From: an uncultured Anaerolinea sp.
GTDB taxonomy: Bacteria > Chloroflexota > Anaerolineae > Anaerolineales > Villigracilaceae
Reading direction: 5' to 3'
NCBI GenBank assembly: GCA_964494055.1
Contig: CAZBRI010000001.1
Location: forward strand, 1-29,809
Length of the DNA: 29,809 nt
Part shown: positions 1-9,392 of the stretch, in pieces
Layout of the letters: every line of letters starts with the position of its first letter
How positions within the stretch are numbered: the stretch's first letter is position 1
Made by a program: the position numbers and the translations under genes
Notes under the pieces: model-generated
Databases searched by the model: none
The model's input: only the letters and a program-made list of their open reading frames with translations
What the model was told of the DNA's origin: nothing

Positions 1-46
1 TACACGGCTCTGAACACTCTTTCCCTACACGACGCTCTTCCGATCT
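1..46 (+). other. Illumina TruSeq adapter remnant (assembly artefact): P5 tail TACAC + 8-nt i5 index GGCTCTGA + Read-1 primer
   Basis: 14-46 reads ACACTCTTTCCCTACACGACGCTCTTCCGATCT, the TruSeq Read-1 primer. 1-5 TACAC is the end of P5, and 6-13 GGCTCTGA is recalled as the D504 index. Confidence 0.98.
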
Positions 47-1080
47 AGGAAATCTACAACGGCATGTGTAAATTCATGTTCATAGCCAATCACATGTCCT
101 GGCGGCCACCACCCGCCGATATAAGGATGGGTTGAATTTGTAACAAGGATCGTTCTGAATCCCTGTTCATCAGCCGGATCTTCCAGGTTCAAGTACTGGA
201 GTTCATTCATTCTTTCCAGGTTGAAAATCAAGCTGCCTTTGCTGCCATAGATCTCAAAATAATTATAATTTTTTCGGCCGCTGGCAAACCGGCTGGATTC
301 AAACGAGCCAAGTGCGCCATTTTTAAACTCAACCACCATGAAAGCAGCATCATCAACGGTTACCTGACCCATGTCTTCGCCGGCAGAACCAGATTTGAAA
401 GTTCCAGCGTCCTTACCAGGTAACGGTCGTTCTTTAACAAAGGTTTTCAGCATCGCACTGACACTGTCAACTTCACCTATTAAATAACGAGCCAGGTCCA
501 CACTGTGAGAATTGAGGTCATAATGGGGGCCAGCACCTGCAAATTTTTTTTGCAGATGCCATGTCAGCGGGAAGTTGGGATCCGTGATCCAATCCTGGAG
601 ATAAGTACCACGCCAGTGGAAAATCTGACCGATCTTACCCTCCTCGATCATTTTCTTTGCAAAAGTGATCGCAGGTGTTCTTCGATAGTTATGATTCAAG
701 TAATGCAGAACACCAGCTTTTTCTGCCGCCTCATACATTTCTTTTGCTTCTGCATAATTTAGAGCAACGGGTTTTTCACAGAATATTTGTTTTCCGTTCT
801 TCGCGGCGGCCAACACAATTTCTTTGTGAAGAAAGGTTGGTGTACAAATATCAATAATATCGATGTCCGGCCGTTCAACGACTTTTTTCCAATCGTCAGA
901 GGTTTCTTCCCAACCCCAGTTTTTTGCAAATTCGCCAGTCCCTGCTTGATCCTGGCCGCATGCAACTTTTAAAACCGGTTGTAAACCAACACTGAAGAAT
1001 TTAGGGGCGGAAGTCCAGGCATTACTGTGTGCCTTTCCCATAAACTTCGTCCCAATAATGGCAACATTAACTTTTTTCAA
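47..1080 (-). CDS. Gfo/Idh/MocA family NAD-dependent oxidoreductase (levoglucosan-dehydrogenase-like clade), 3'-truncated by the contig end
   Basis: Motifs [35 protein letters not shown] and DLNSHSVD. Likely TTG start at 1080 with AAGGAG upstream. The ORF-track C-terminus DRKSVV* is adapter-derived. Confidence 0.9.
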
Positions 1081-1143
1081 GGGGTTTTCTCCTTTTTTTA
1101 GCAACTCTTTTTAGTGAGGGTCTTATTTTTCCAAAATGCTGGA

Positions 1144-2007
1144 TTAGACCAGTGCCGCAGCGATTTTCTTGAGTTCCTTCACACTTAAGGCAACAGCCTC
1201 TTCTTCACGCTCTGTCCAATCTGTGTGCGGGTGATCGATTTCAACAGCCAGGAAACCTTTAAAGTTGGCTTTATGCAGCAGCTGAGCAAGTGCCTGGTTG
1301 TTGATTAAACCCTGTCCAACTGGAACACCAGCAAAGAAATGCCAATCAGTGGGCCTGGCGTTTTTATCGGGCATCAGGTCTTTCACATGGGTCGCAAGAA
1401 CATATGGGGCTAATTTTTCCATTCCAGCGATCGGGTCGTCCAAAAGGCGGAGGAAATTTCCTGTATCAAAATTCAAACCAAAATATTCAGAATCCACTTC
1501 AGTCAGTAATTGCAGGATCTCGTCAGAAGTAAAGTCAATGTGATTCTCAACAGCCAGTTTTACACCGAAATCTTTTGCAACGACTACAGCTTTCTTAAAC
1601 ATTTCGACCAGGGCTTTGATTTGCGGACCATGGGGTTCATGGCGAAACATTAAACTGCTTCCGACAACACGCATTACATCTGCGCCTATGGCTTTGGCAT
1701 TGGGAATGCTTGCAACCATTTCATCGTAAGCAGTCCAATTTTGGCCTCGTTCCAGTCCATCGGGATGACCCCAGGCGTAAACTCTATCAAATTTATATTC
1801 ATCAAGCTTCGTTTTTAGATCTTTAAACCATGCCAGGTCAGCTTTGGCAGGAAAAAAACAGGACTCCAACGAAACACCATCCACATCTAATTCTTTCGCG
1901 CGGGCAAGGAAATCCTGCATTGTATAATTTTTGGCGGGTGGTTTTTGATCCGGATACACTTCACCAAAAAAACGGTGATAACAATAACTATCGATTCCTA
2001 TTTTCAT
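1144..2007 (-). CDS. Sugar phosphate isomerase/epimerase family protein (xylose-isomerase-like/AP endonuclease 2 TIM barrel)
   Basis: Four metal-ligand motifs VENH, FDTGN, THVKD and VEID, plus GQGLIN. AGGAGG RBS upstream. Confidence 0.85.
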   Translation of the reverse strand: MKIGIDSYCYHRFFGEVYPDQKPPAKNYTMQDFLARAKELDVDGVSLESCFFPAKADLAWFKDLKTKLDEYKFDRVYAWGHPDGLERGQNWTAYDEMVASIPNAKAIGADVMRVVGSSLMFRHEPHGPQIKALVEMFKKAVVVAKDFGVKLAVENHIDFTSDEILQLLTEVDSEYFGLNFDTGNFLRLLDDPIAGMEKLAPYVLATHVKDLMPDKNARPTDWHFFAGVPVGQGLINNQALAQLLHKANFKGFLAVEIDHPHTDWTEREEEAVALSVKELKKIAAALV

Positions 2008-2104
2008 ATTTGTTCCTCCTGGTTATTTGGTCTGATCTTTTTTATCTATCTCTTTTTTGCCTGAACACAAATTTACGAGATACTAATAATTATCCCGGTA
2101 AACC

Positions 2105-2122
2105 TGTACTTACAGGATAACA
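2105..2122. promoter_or_regulatory. Putative GntR operator, copy 1 (TGTACTTACAGGATAACA)
   Basis: Matches the 18-mers at 2299 and 16196 and includes the palindrome CCTGTA-CT-TACAGG (2103-2116). Lies just downstream of the minus-strand -10 box. Confidence 0.7.
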
Positions 2123-2124
2123 TT

Positions 2125-2153
2125 ATTATAACGGTGAGTTTATTGTCTATCAA
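2125..2153 (-). promoter_or_regulatory. sigma70-type promoter of the leftward operon (TTGATA-17-TATAAT)
   Basis: On the minus strand, TTGATA at 2153-2148, a 17-bp spacer, then TATAAT at 2130-2125. Confidence 0.65.
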
Positions 2154-2263
2154 GTGTTAATTCAAATTCCATTGTCCTTTCCTTTTTACTTTCCAAAAAC
2201 ATCAAATTTTCGATGAGAATTATAAAAATAGCTCATGATTCGACACTTATTTGTCCATTTCCA

Positions 2264-2291
2264 TTGACACCGGTTACAATTTTGCTATAAT
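2264..2291 (+). promoter_or_regulatory. sigma70 consensus promoter of the gntR operon (TTGACA-16-TATAAT with extended -10 TG)
   Basis: TTGACA at 2264-2269, TG at 2283-2284, TATAAT at 2286-2291. Confidence 0.75.
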
Positions 2292-2298
2292 TACAAGT

Positions 2299-2316
2299 TG
2301 TAATAACAGGATTACA
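2299..2316. promoter_or_regulatory. Putative GntR operator, copy 2 (TGTAATAACAGGATTACA)
   Basis: 2295-2316 is 21/22 identical to 16192-16213. It overlaps the palindrome ATTACAA-G-TTGTAAT (2290-2304) and covers the expected TSS. Confidence 0.7.
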
Positions 2317-2344
2317 AGAAACCAACTTCCGGAGAATAACACTT

Positions 2345-3100
2345 ATGGGCGAAACAATTAAATTTGATAGCTATGTGCCTTATTACATTCAGTTAATGGA
2401 TATTCTCAAAGAAAAAATTCAACAAAAGACCTGGCAGCCCGGAGACCAGATTCCAGCGGAACAGGACCTTTGTGAACAATATGGCATAAGCCGTACTGTT
2501 GTCAGGCAGGCATTAAGAGAGATGGAACTTGAAGGTGCTATTAATCGCCGTAAAGGTAAAGGTACCTTTATTGCTATGCCAAAAATCAGTGAGGGCCTTG
2601 CTCAAAAACTGACTGGTTTTTACCAGGACATGATTGAACGTGGTCTTAAACCTGTTACAAAAGTTTTACATCAACTTGTTATTCCAGCCACTGAAAAGGT
2701 TGCCCAATTTCTCAATATCGAACCCGGTACAAAAGTGATCAAAATCCAAAGGCTCAGATATATCAACGATGAACCAATTCAAATGGTCACCACTTATTTG
2801 CCTTATGAGATCTGTCCTCAACTTGCTGAAGTCGATCTAACCAATCAATCCTTGTATCAATACCTGGAAAAAGAATGCGGTGTGTTTATTGCCAAAGGCC
2901 GCAGATACATTGAAGCTGTTCTGGCCAATGAGAATGAAGCTGCCCTGCTGGGTGTTGAAAAAGGGGCTCCGTTACTAATGTTAGACAGCATCAGTTTCTC
3001 TGGTACAGGACAACCACTTGAGTATTATCACGCATTGCACCGCGGCGATAGGTCCAGGTTTGAAGTCGAATTATGGCGTTCGCATGATTTAGAGAATTAG
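2345..3100 (+). CDS. GntR family transcriptional regulator, HutC subfamily (wHTH + UTRA)
   Basis: N-terminal PYYIQL...IPAEQDLCEQYGISRTVVRQAL...GKGTF wHTH. C-terminal UTRA-like domain (IQRLRYINDEP...EYYHALHRGDRSRF). Confidence 0.93.
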   Translation: MGETIKFDSYVPYYIQLMDILKEKIQQKTWQPGDQIPAEQDLCEQYGISRTVVRQALREMELEGAINRRKGKGTFIAMPKISEGLAQKLTGFYQDMIERGLKPVTKVLHQLVIPATEKVAQFLNIEPGTKVIKIQRLRYINDEPIQMVTTYLPYEICPQLAEVDLTNQSLYQYLEKECGVFIAKGRRYIEAVLANENEAALLGVEKGAPLLMLDSISFSGTGQPLEYYHALHRGDRSRFEVELWRSHDLEN

Positions 3101-3151
3101 GCTGTTATTTTTAATAACTAAAAACTTATTCAATACCTGTTGGAGAGTAGA

Positions 3152-4684
3152 ATGCAAAAAAAATACCTGGTTGGAGTTGACCTGGGAACAAGTGCAACAA
3201 AAGCCGCCATCTATCAAATAGATGGAACTTTAGTTGCTGAATCAATGATTGAAGTTCCTCTTGTACATCCAAAACCTGGTGTCGTCGAACAGAATAACGA
3301 CGATTTTTACACTACTGCTGCCCGGAGTGTAAAGCGCTGCATCGACTCAAGCGGTATCAACCCTTCTGAAATTGTAAGCATTGCATTCGATTCTCAAATG
3401 GCCGGTGTCGGTCTTGTTAATGAGGATTTTAAACCTGTCTCGCATTTTGACTCATGGCTGGACATGCGCTGCCAGCCGTTTATTGAATGGATGGACAAAG
3501 ACGCCGGGGAAAGAATCACTCAGCTCACAGGATGTCCTCCAACATGTGATCATGGTCCTAAAATGCTCTGGTGGAAACACGAACACCCTGATCTCTATAA
3601 TCAAACAGCCAAGTTCATTATGCCGGGTACTTATGTTGCCATTCGTGCATCGAGTTTAAAAACTGAAGATACGTTTATCGATCATACCTATATTCATTTT
3701 TCAGGGTTCAGTGATGCCAAAAATGGATCATGGTCAAAGGAACTATGTGATCAATTCGGTCTCGATATTGAAAAACTCCCAAAAATCGTAGATCCCTGTG
3801 ATATTGTCGGTGAATTATCTGAAAATGCAGCCCGGGAATTTGGGCTTCAACCGGGTACTCCTATAGCTGCCGGCGCTGGTGACACAGCAGCAAATGCCCT
3901 TGGTGCCGGAATAGTCAGAAATGGCATGTTGTTTGATGTTGCTGGAACAGCATCTGTATTAGCAGGCTGTACGAATCAGTATGTAGCAGACACTTCCAAC
4001 CGGGCACTACTAACCATGCGTTCTGTAATTCCAGGTTTATGGCACCCGCTTGCCTACATCGGAGGCGGAGGTCTGGCACTAAGATGGTTCCGGGATCAAT
4101 TTTTCAATACTAATTGCGGGTCTCTAAACCAGAACTCCGAAGAAATTTATGACAAGATGCTCTCAATGGCAGAAAATATCAACCCTGGTTCGGATGGGCT
4201 TTTCTTTTCTCCCCATCTGGGCGGACGTATCTGTCCATCCAACCCCGCCATGCGCGGTGCCTGGATTGGAGCATCCTGGTCTCATACCCAGGCTCACTTT
4301 TCCCGGGCCATCCTCGAAAGTGTTGCTTACGAGTATGCATATTATTTAAAGATCTTGAAAAGCCTGATCCCGGATCTTGAGCTGATACAAGCCAGGGTGA
4401 TTGGCGGCGGCGCTCGAAGTCGTTTTTGGAATCAAATTAAAGCAGACATCCTGAATGTTCCCACTCAAAAATTAAATGGCAGCGAATTTGGAACCTGGGG
4501 TTCAGCTATGATCGCTGGAAAAGCAGTTGGGGCAATCAAGGATCTTTCTTCCCATGCTGAAAACACTGCTGTTTTGAGCGGTAACGCGTGTGAACCCGGG
4601 AAGGCAAATCATGAGGTATATAAACCTTTAATTGAGAAATATATTTCATTACAACGTTTGTTGAATGAATTTTATTCAGCATAA
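3152..4684 (+). CDS. FGGY family carbohydrate kinase (xylulokinase-like)
   Basis: Motifs GVDLGTS, WLDMR, GAGDTAA, GERI/GGRICP and GGGARS. ATG at 3152 with GGAG upstream is preferred over the TTG at 3140. Confidence 0.9.
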   Translation: MQKKYLVGVDLGTSATKAAIYQIDGTLVAESMIEVPLVHPKPGVVEQNNDDFYTTAARSVKRCIDSSGINPSEIVSIAFDSQMAGVGLVNEDFKPVSHFDSWLDMRCQPFIEWMDKDAGERITQLTGCPPTCDHGPKMLWWKHEHPDLYNQTAKFIMPGTYVAIRASSLKTEDTFIDHTYIHFSGFSDAKNGSWSKELCDQFGLDIEKLPKIVDPCDIVGELSENAAREFGLQPGTPIAAGAGDTAANALGAGIVRNGMLFDVAGTASVLAGCTNQYVADTSNRALLTMRSVIPGLWHPLAYIGGGGLALRWFRDQFFNTNCGSLNQNSEEIYDKMLSMAENINPGSDGLFFSPHLGGRICPSNPAMRGAWIGASWSHTQAHFSRAILESVAYEYAYYLKILKSLIPDLELIQARVIGGGARSRFWNQIKADILNVPTQKLNGSEFGTWGSAMIAGKAVGAIKDLSSHAENTAVLSGNACEPGKANHEVYKPLIEKYISLQRLLNEFYSA

Positions 4685-4728
4685 CAGATCGTATCGATAA
4701 AGATAAAAGACAAAAACAGGAGTAGTTA

Positions 4729-5775
4729 ATGAAACAACAGGTTCGAATTTGTATGATTGGTGCCGGCAGAGTAGGGAAAAATCATTCCAGGGCTCTTACC
4801 CGCCATATTCCTAACGGAAAGATAGTTGCCCTTGTTGACCCAATGGCAGCAGTACGCGAAGAAACCGCTCGTGACTTTTCAATCGATAATCAATTTAACA
4901 GTATTGAAGAAGCCCTTGAAAAGGTTGAGTTTGAGGCAGTCATTATTACAACACCGACACCAACTCATCTGCCTCTTACAAGAATTGCAGCTGAAAACAA
5001 AAAACATGTTTTTCTTGAAAAACCAATGGCTCTCAACCTGGCTGAATGTGATGAAATAATTGAAGCTACTTCAAGACATTCTGTGATTTTGCAATTGGGA
5101 TTCATGCGTCGTTTTGATCCTGAATTTGTTGCAGCAGCAGAAAGAATACAGGCTGGTGAGATCGGAACCCCAATGATGATCAAGTCAAACACTCACGGCC
5201 CCGGACTTCCCCCGCCCTGGGCATGTGATCTTCGCACCTCCAACGGCATGCTGGCCGAAGTGAACAGCCACGATTGGGATACCACCCGCTGGCTGCTTGG
5301 ATCAAATTATTTGAGAGTCTACACAGAAGTTGCCAACTTTAAAGGTAAGGCAAATAATATTGATATCCCCAATTTCTACGACAATGTCCTGGTAAATATC
5401 AAATTTGAAAGCGGTGCACTCGGCCAAATTTCAGGGATATGCCCCTGTGGATACGGGTATGATGCAAGAGTTGAAATTGTCGGGGATAAAGGTATTATGC
5501 AGATTGGTGAACTGGCTGGACAATCCATCGTTGTCTGTACAAACAGGGACCAGGGTCTGATCACCCCAATTTACCGCACATGGCCGGAACGCTTTGCCTG
5601 GGCATATATTTACGAATTGGAACATTTTGTTGCTTGTGTACAAAATGAAACACACCCCAAAGCTGGCGGCTTTGATGGCCGCTGGGCTGTTGCCGGGGTC
5701 CTCGCCGGAACAAAATCCTTCCTGGAAGAACGCCCTGTGACCCTAAAAGAAATTTTAGACGCTGAAAAAAAATAA
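4729..5775 (+). CDS. Gfo/Idh/MocA oxidoreductase, myo-inositol 2-dehydrogenase (IolG)-like
   Basis: Motifs IGAGRVG, EKP, GFMRRFDP and EVNSHDWD. Confidence 0.88.
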   Translation: MKQQVRICMIGAGRVGKNHSRALTRHIPNGKIVALVDPMAAVREETARDFSIDNQFNSIEEALEKVEFEAVIITTPTPTHLPLTRIAAENKKHVFLEKPMALNLAECDEIIEATSRHSVILQLGFMRRFDPEFVAAAERIQAGEIGTPMMIKSNTHGPGLPPPWACDLRTSNGMLAEVNSHDWDTTRWLLGSNYLRVYTEVANFKGKANNIDIPNFYDNVLVNIKFESGALGQISGICPCGYGYDARVEIVGDKGIMQIGELAGQSIVVCTNRDQGLITPIYRTWPERFAWAYIYELEHFVACVQNETHPKAGGFDGRWAVAGVLAGTKSFLEERPVTLKEILDAEKK

Positions 5776-5787
5776 AGGTAAAAAATT

Positions 5788-6831
5788 ATGTTAGCTGCTG
5801 TTTATCATGGACCCAACGATCTGCGTGTTGAAAATGTTGAAATTCCAAAAATTACTACTGGTGAATTACTCGTCAAAGTGTTGAGTGCCAGTATTTGCGG
5901 TACTGATCTACGGATATTTCATGGAAATCACCGCATGTATGCCCCCGGTACCGTCCGGATCCCCGGTCATGAAGTGGTTGGAACCATAGCTGAAATTGGT
6001 GCAGGAATAACCAATTATTCTATTGGTCAGCGTGTCTTCTGCGCGCCAAATACTGGCTGTGGTCATTGTACCCAATGTGTTTCAGGAAACAATAATCTTT
6101 GCTCAAATTACGATGCGATCGGTGTTACATCCGACGGTGGTTTTGCTGAATATGTTCGCATTCCTGCCAATTCTGTACAACAGGGAAATATCATTCCCAT
6201 CAGTGAAACTGTCGATACAGCTGTTGCCGCTTTAATGGAACCATTTGCTTGTGTGTTGCGCGGGCAAAATGCATTAAACATGAAGCCCGGCGAGGTTGTC
6301 CTTGTCATCGGTGCCGGCCCGATTGGTATCATGCATGCCAAACTTGCCCGAGCCCGTGGTGCCGGCCGCGTCCTAGTCAGTGAACCGATCGCAGAAAGAG
6401 CCATCCAGGCCAGGCGAATGGGAGCAGACAGGGTAATCGATCCGGTAAACGAAAACTTGAAGACAGCAGTCCTCGAAGAAAGTAACGGACGAGGAGCAGA
6501 TCTGATCATAGTTGCTGCGCCAGTCCATGTTGCCCAGGAACAGGCTCTCGATCTGGCCGCCATTGGCGGAAGAATTAATTTTTTTGGCGGGTTACCAAAA
6601 GATAGACCCGCCATCAATTTCGATTCCAACATTGTCCATTACAGGGAACTGATCATTACTGCAACAACCGCCTGCAGCACCGCTGATTGCTGGCAGGCAG
6701 CCCGGATCGTCAATTCAGGCCTGGTTGATCTTTCAGATATTGTCAGCCAACGCTTTCCACTCAATAAAGCTGTAGAAGCATTTACAGCCGCTGAGGACAG
6801 AAAATCTTTAAAAATTGTTTTGGAGCCCTAA
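5788..6831 (+). CDS. Zn-dependent medium-chain (polyol/sorbitol-type) dehydrogenase
   Basis: Catalytic-zinc motifs ICGTD and GHE, structural-zinc motif CGHCTQC..NLC, EP, and Rossmann GAGPIG. Confidence 0.92.
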   Translation: MLAAVYHGPNDLRVENVEIPKITTGELLVKVLSASICGTDLRIFHGNHRMYAPGTVRIPGHEVVGTIAEIGAGITNYSIGQRVFCAPNTGCGHCTQCVSGNNNLCSNYDAIGVTSDGGFAEYVRIPANSVQQGNIIPISETVDTAVAALMEPFACVLRGQNALNMKPGEVVLVIGAGPIGIMHAKLARARGAGRVLVSEPIAERAIQARRMGADRVIDPVNENLKTAVLEESNGRGADLIIVAAPVHVAQEQALDLAAIGGRINFFGGLPKDRPAINFDSNIVHYRELIITATTACSTADCWQAARIVNSGLVDLSDIVSQRFPLNKAVEAFTAAEDRKSLKIVLEP

Positions 6832-6837
6832 CATCAG

Positions 6838-7800
6838 ATGACCTCACATTCTGACTTCCCAATACCGCGGCCAGTGATGACGGTTTTGGGTCCCGTATCA
6901 TATGAGCATCTTGGAATCACTGATGCCCATAACCATCTCTGGATCGAGCCGGTTGATGGTGCAGACAAAAATGCCCCGGTTTTAACTGATTACAATGCGA
7001 TCGTTAAAGAATTGGTGGAATACCGAAGCGATGGGGGAGCTTCAATATTAGACTGTCAGCCAACGGGCTGCGGCCGAAATGGAAATAAACTTTTCACCCT
7101 TTCAAAAGAAACCGGTATAAACATTATTGCAAGTACTGGTTTCCACCGAAAGAAATATTATGCTCCAGATCACTGGATGTTTAAAAATAACTCACAGCAA
7201 TGTTACGATCTGTTTCTCAAAGAGATTCAGGAAGGATTGATCGAAACAGCTGAAACTTCCAACCCGGTTCTTGCCGGCTTTGTAAAAGTTGCAGTAGAAC
7301 AAAATTGGGCAGATTGTTCAAGGGATGCGCTTGATGGAGCAGCCGAAGCAGTAATACAAACTGGGGTTGTTATGGAAATCCATACTGAAAAAGGCGCACT
7401 CGCCGAAAAAGTCAGCCTGTACCTGTGCGATAAAGGCGTGTCACCAGGTCAGTTGGTTTTTTGCCATATGGATAAGCGGCCCGATTTGGGTCTGCATAAA
7501 GAACTTGCCCGGCTCGGTGTACTTCTTGAGTACGACACTTTTTTCCGTCCGAAATATAACCCGGAAGAAACGCTCTGGCCGCTGATCACGCAAATGGTTG
7601 TTGCCGGTTTCGCCGAGAGTATTGCTCTCGCTACAGATATGGCAGAATCCGAATCATATCATTTTATCGGCGGGGGTCCTGGTCTTGCCAGTTTCCCCTC
7701 CAAAATTCAAAAGAGATTAATTGAAAATGAAATTCCGGGTAAAGCAAGAACTCACTTATTGGGCGGTAATATCGCTCGAAGGCTGTCCGGGATTAAATAA
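6838..7800 (+). CDS. Phosphotriesterase-related amidohydrolase (PTE/Php family; likely lactonase)
   Basis: N-terminal VMTVLGPV...LGITDAHNHL (HxH), STGFH, bridging K (GFVKVA), H (IHTE), H (CHMD) and D (LATD). Confidence 0.88.
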   Translation: MTSHSDFPIPRPVMTVLGPVSYEHLGITDAHNHLWIEPVDGADKNAPVLTDYNAIVKELVEYRSDGGASILDCQPTGCGRNGNKLFTLSKETGINIIASTGFHRKKYYAPDHWMFKNNSQQCYDLFLKEIQEGLIETAETSNPVLAGFVKVAVEQNWADCSRDALDGAAEAVIQTGVVMEIHTEKGALAEKVSLYLCDKGVSPGQLVFCHMDKRPDLGLHKELARLGVLLEYDTFFRPKYNPEETLWPLITQMVVAGFAESIALATDMAESESYHFIGGGPGLASFPSKIQKRLIENEIPGKARTHLLGGNIARRLSGIK

Positions 7801-7818
7801 TTTATTTGGAGAAAATAC

Positions 7819-8403
7819 ATGTTAGATGTACCTTTTAGTTTTATTTTGCCCATGCCTCAAGTGATCCCTTCCAGGGTAGACAATCATATCCAGCGCAGAT
7901 TATCTGCATTAAAAGGTCAGTTTTCTGACCAGGCAGCTTACAAATCAATGCTTGATCTTGAAGACCAATTGATCTATGAAGTGTATGAGATCAAACGACC
8001 AGAAGTTGAAGGGGAACTTTTAATGGGAATTTCCATTGTGCACCCCGGAAAAGTTGGGAATGAATTTTTTATGACAAAGGGTCATTTTCATTCTGTTTTG
8101 GAAACTTCAGAAATATATTACTGTATGCGTGGTGAAGGATATATGGTTATGGAAACTCCAGAAGGTGATACTTCTGTTGAGCGTTTATCCCCCGGTCAAA
8201 TACTTTATGTTCCCCCTCGATGGGCTCACCGCAGCGTTTGTACATCCAGGCAGGAAGACCTTGTTACATTCTTCGCATACCCTGCCAACGCAGGCCACGA
8301 TTATGGAACCATTGAAACACAGGGCTTTAAGAAAATTGTTATTGACGGACAAAACGGCCCGCTGATCATTGATAACCCTCGCTCCCTGAATCGGGGGGCA
8401 TGA
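7819..8403 (+). CDS. Cupin-type (archaeal-like) glucose-6-phosphate isomerase family protein
   Basis: Motifs PGKVGNEFFMTKGHFH, EIYY..GEG, PPRWAH and GHDYGTI, as in Thermococcales cupin PGI. Confidence 0.88.
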   Translation: MLDVPFSFILPMPQVIPSRVDNHIQRRLSALKGQFSDQAAYKSMLDLEDQLIYEVYEIKRPEVEGELLMGISIVHPGKVGNEFFMTKGHFHSVLETSEIYYCMRGEGYMVMETPEGDTSVERLSPGQILYVPPRWAHRSVCTSRQEDLVTFFAYPANAGHDYGTIETQGFKKIVIDGQNGPLIIDNPRSLNRGA

Positions 8404-9368
8404 TGGATCTGAAAAAATGCCGTGTACTGGTTACGCCTACATCGTATGGGAAAAATGATGCCAGGCTGAAAACCGAATTGGAAGCACAAGTTGGTGAAGT
8501 AATTTACAATCCGACTGGTAAACCTCTCTCTTCAAAAGATGTTGCGTCCCTGATCAAAGGGGTGGATGGTTATATTGCCGGTTTGGATGTTATTGATGAA
8601 GAAGCCTTAAAAAACGCAGATAAACTCAAGGTGATCTCGCGTTATGGCGTTGGTGTGGACAGTGTTGACCTGAAAGCAGCCGCTGCCAGGGGAATCACAG
8701 TCACAAATACCCCTGGGGCAAATTCTGTTTCAGTCGCCGAACTCGCTCTCGGAATGATTTTATGTCTTGCACGACAAATCCCTGAAGCTGATAAAGCGGT
8801 TCATGAAGGAAAATATCCACGCCTTACAGGTGTCAGCCTGGAAGGAAAAACAATAGGAATTCTTGGCCTTGGTGCTATTGGTAAACAGCTTGCCCGGCGC
8901 CTGTCCGGTTTTGACTGCCGGATAATCGCTTACGATCCATTTCCAGATATGACATTTGCGGAAAAAAACCAGGTGAAATTTGCATCTTTGAGTGAAGTTG
9001 CTGCACAGGCTGATTTTTTAAGCCTTCATCTTCCATTACTGCCTGAAACAAAACTGCTTGTCAATGAAACATTTTTATACAAGATGAAAAAAGGTTCCTG
9101 CCTGGTCAATACATCCCGCGGGGAAGTAGTGGACGAAACAGCTTTATTTAATGCCCTTCAAAGCGGTCAAATTAAAGGAGCTGGCCTGGATGCTTTTTCT
9201 GTGGAACCGCCAGACCCATCCAATCCCCTGCTCTCTTTGCCGCAGGTAATCGCAACACCTCACCTAGGTGCACAGACGGATGGTGCAACCAGTAACATGG
9301 GATGGTTTGCCATGAAAGATTGCCTGTCAGTATTAAAAAATGAACAACCTGTTTACAAGGTTGCCTGA
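8400..9368 (+). CDS. D-isomer-specific 2-hydroxyacid dehydrogenase (phosphoglycerate-dehydrogenase-like, no ACT domain)
   Basis: Motifs SRYGVG, NTPGANSVSVAE, GLGAIG, NTSRG and TPHLG. ATGA overlap with the upstream gene. Confidence 0.92.
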   Translation: MMDLKKCRVLVTPTSYGKNDARLKTELEAQVGEVIYNPTGKPLSSKDVASLIKGVDGYIAGLDVIDEEALKNADKLKVISRYGVGVDSVDLKAAAARGITVTNTPGANSVSVAELALGMILCLARQIPEADKAVHEGKYPRLTGVSLEGKTIGILGLGAIGKQLARRLSGFDCRIIAYDPFPDMTFAEKNQVKFASLSEVAAQADFLSLHLPLLPETKLLVNETFLYKMKKGSCLVNTSRGEVVDETALFNALQSGQIKGAGLDAFSVEPPDPSNPLLSLPQVIATPHLGAQTDGATSNMGWFAMKDCLSVLKNEQPVYKVA

Positions 9369-9392
9369 GAATTTCTGTTTTCGGAGTGAAAA

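Noticed and set aside
25-46. C-terminal DRKSVV* and stop codon of ORF 25..1104
   Set aside because: Encoded by Illumina adapter sequence, so it is not genomic.
6108-6632. 174-aa antisense ORF, and similar ones such as 14024..14446, 24977..25411, 19817..20170, 26802..27143 and 28050..28391
   Set aside because: They lie wholly opposite or inside well-supported genes, have no recognisable motifs or RBS, and are typical shadow ORFs.
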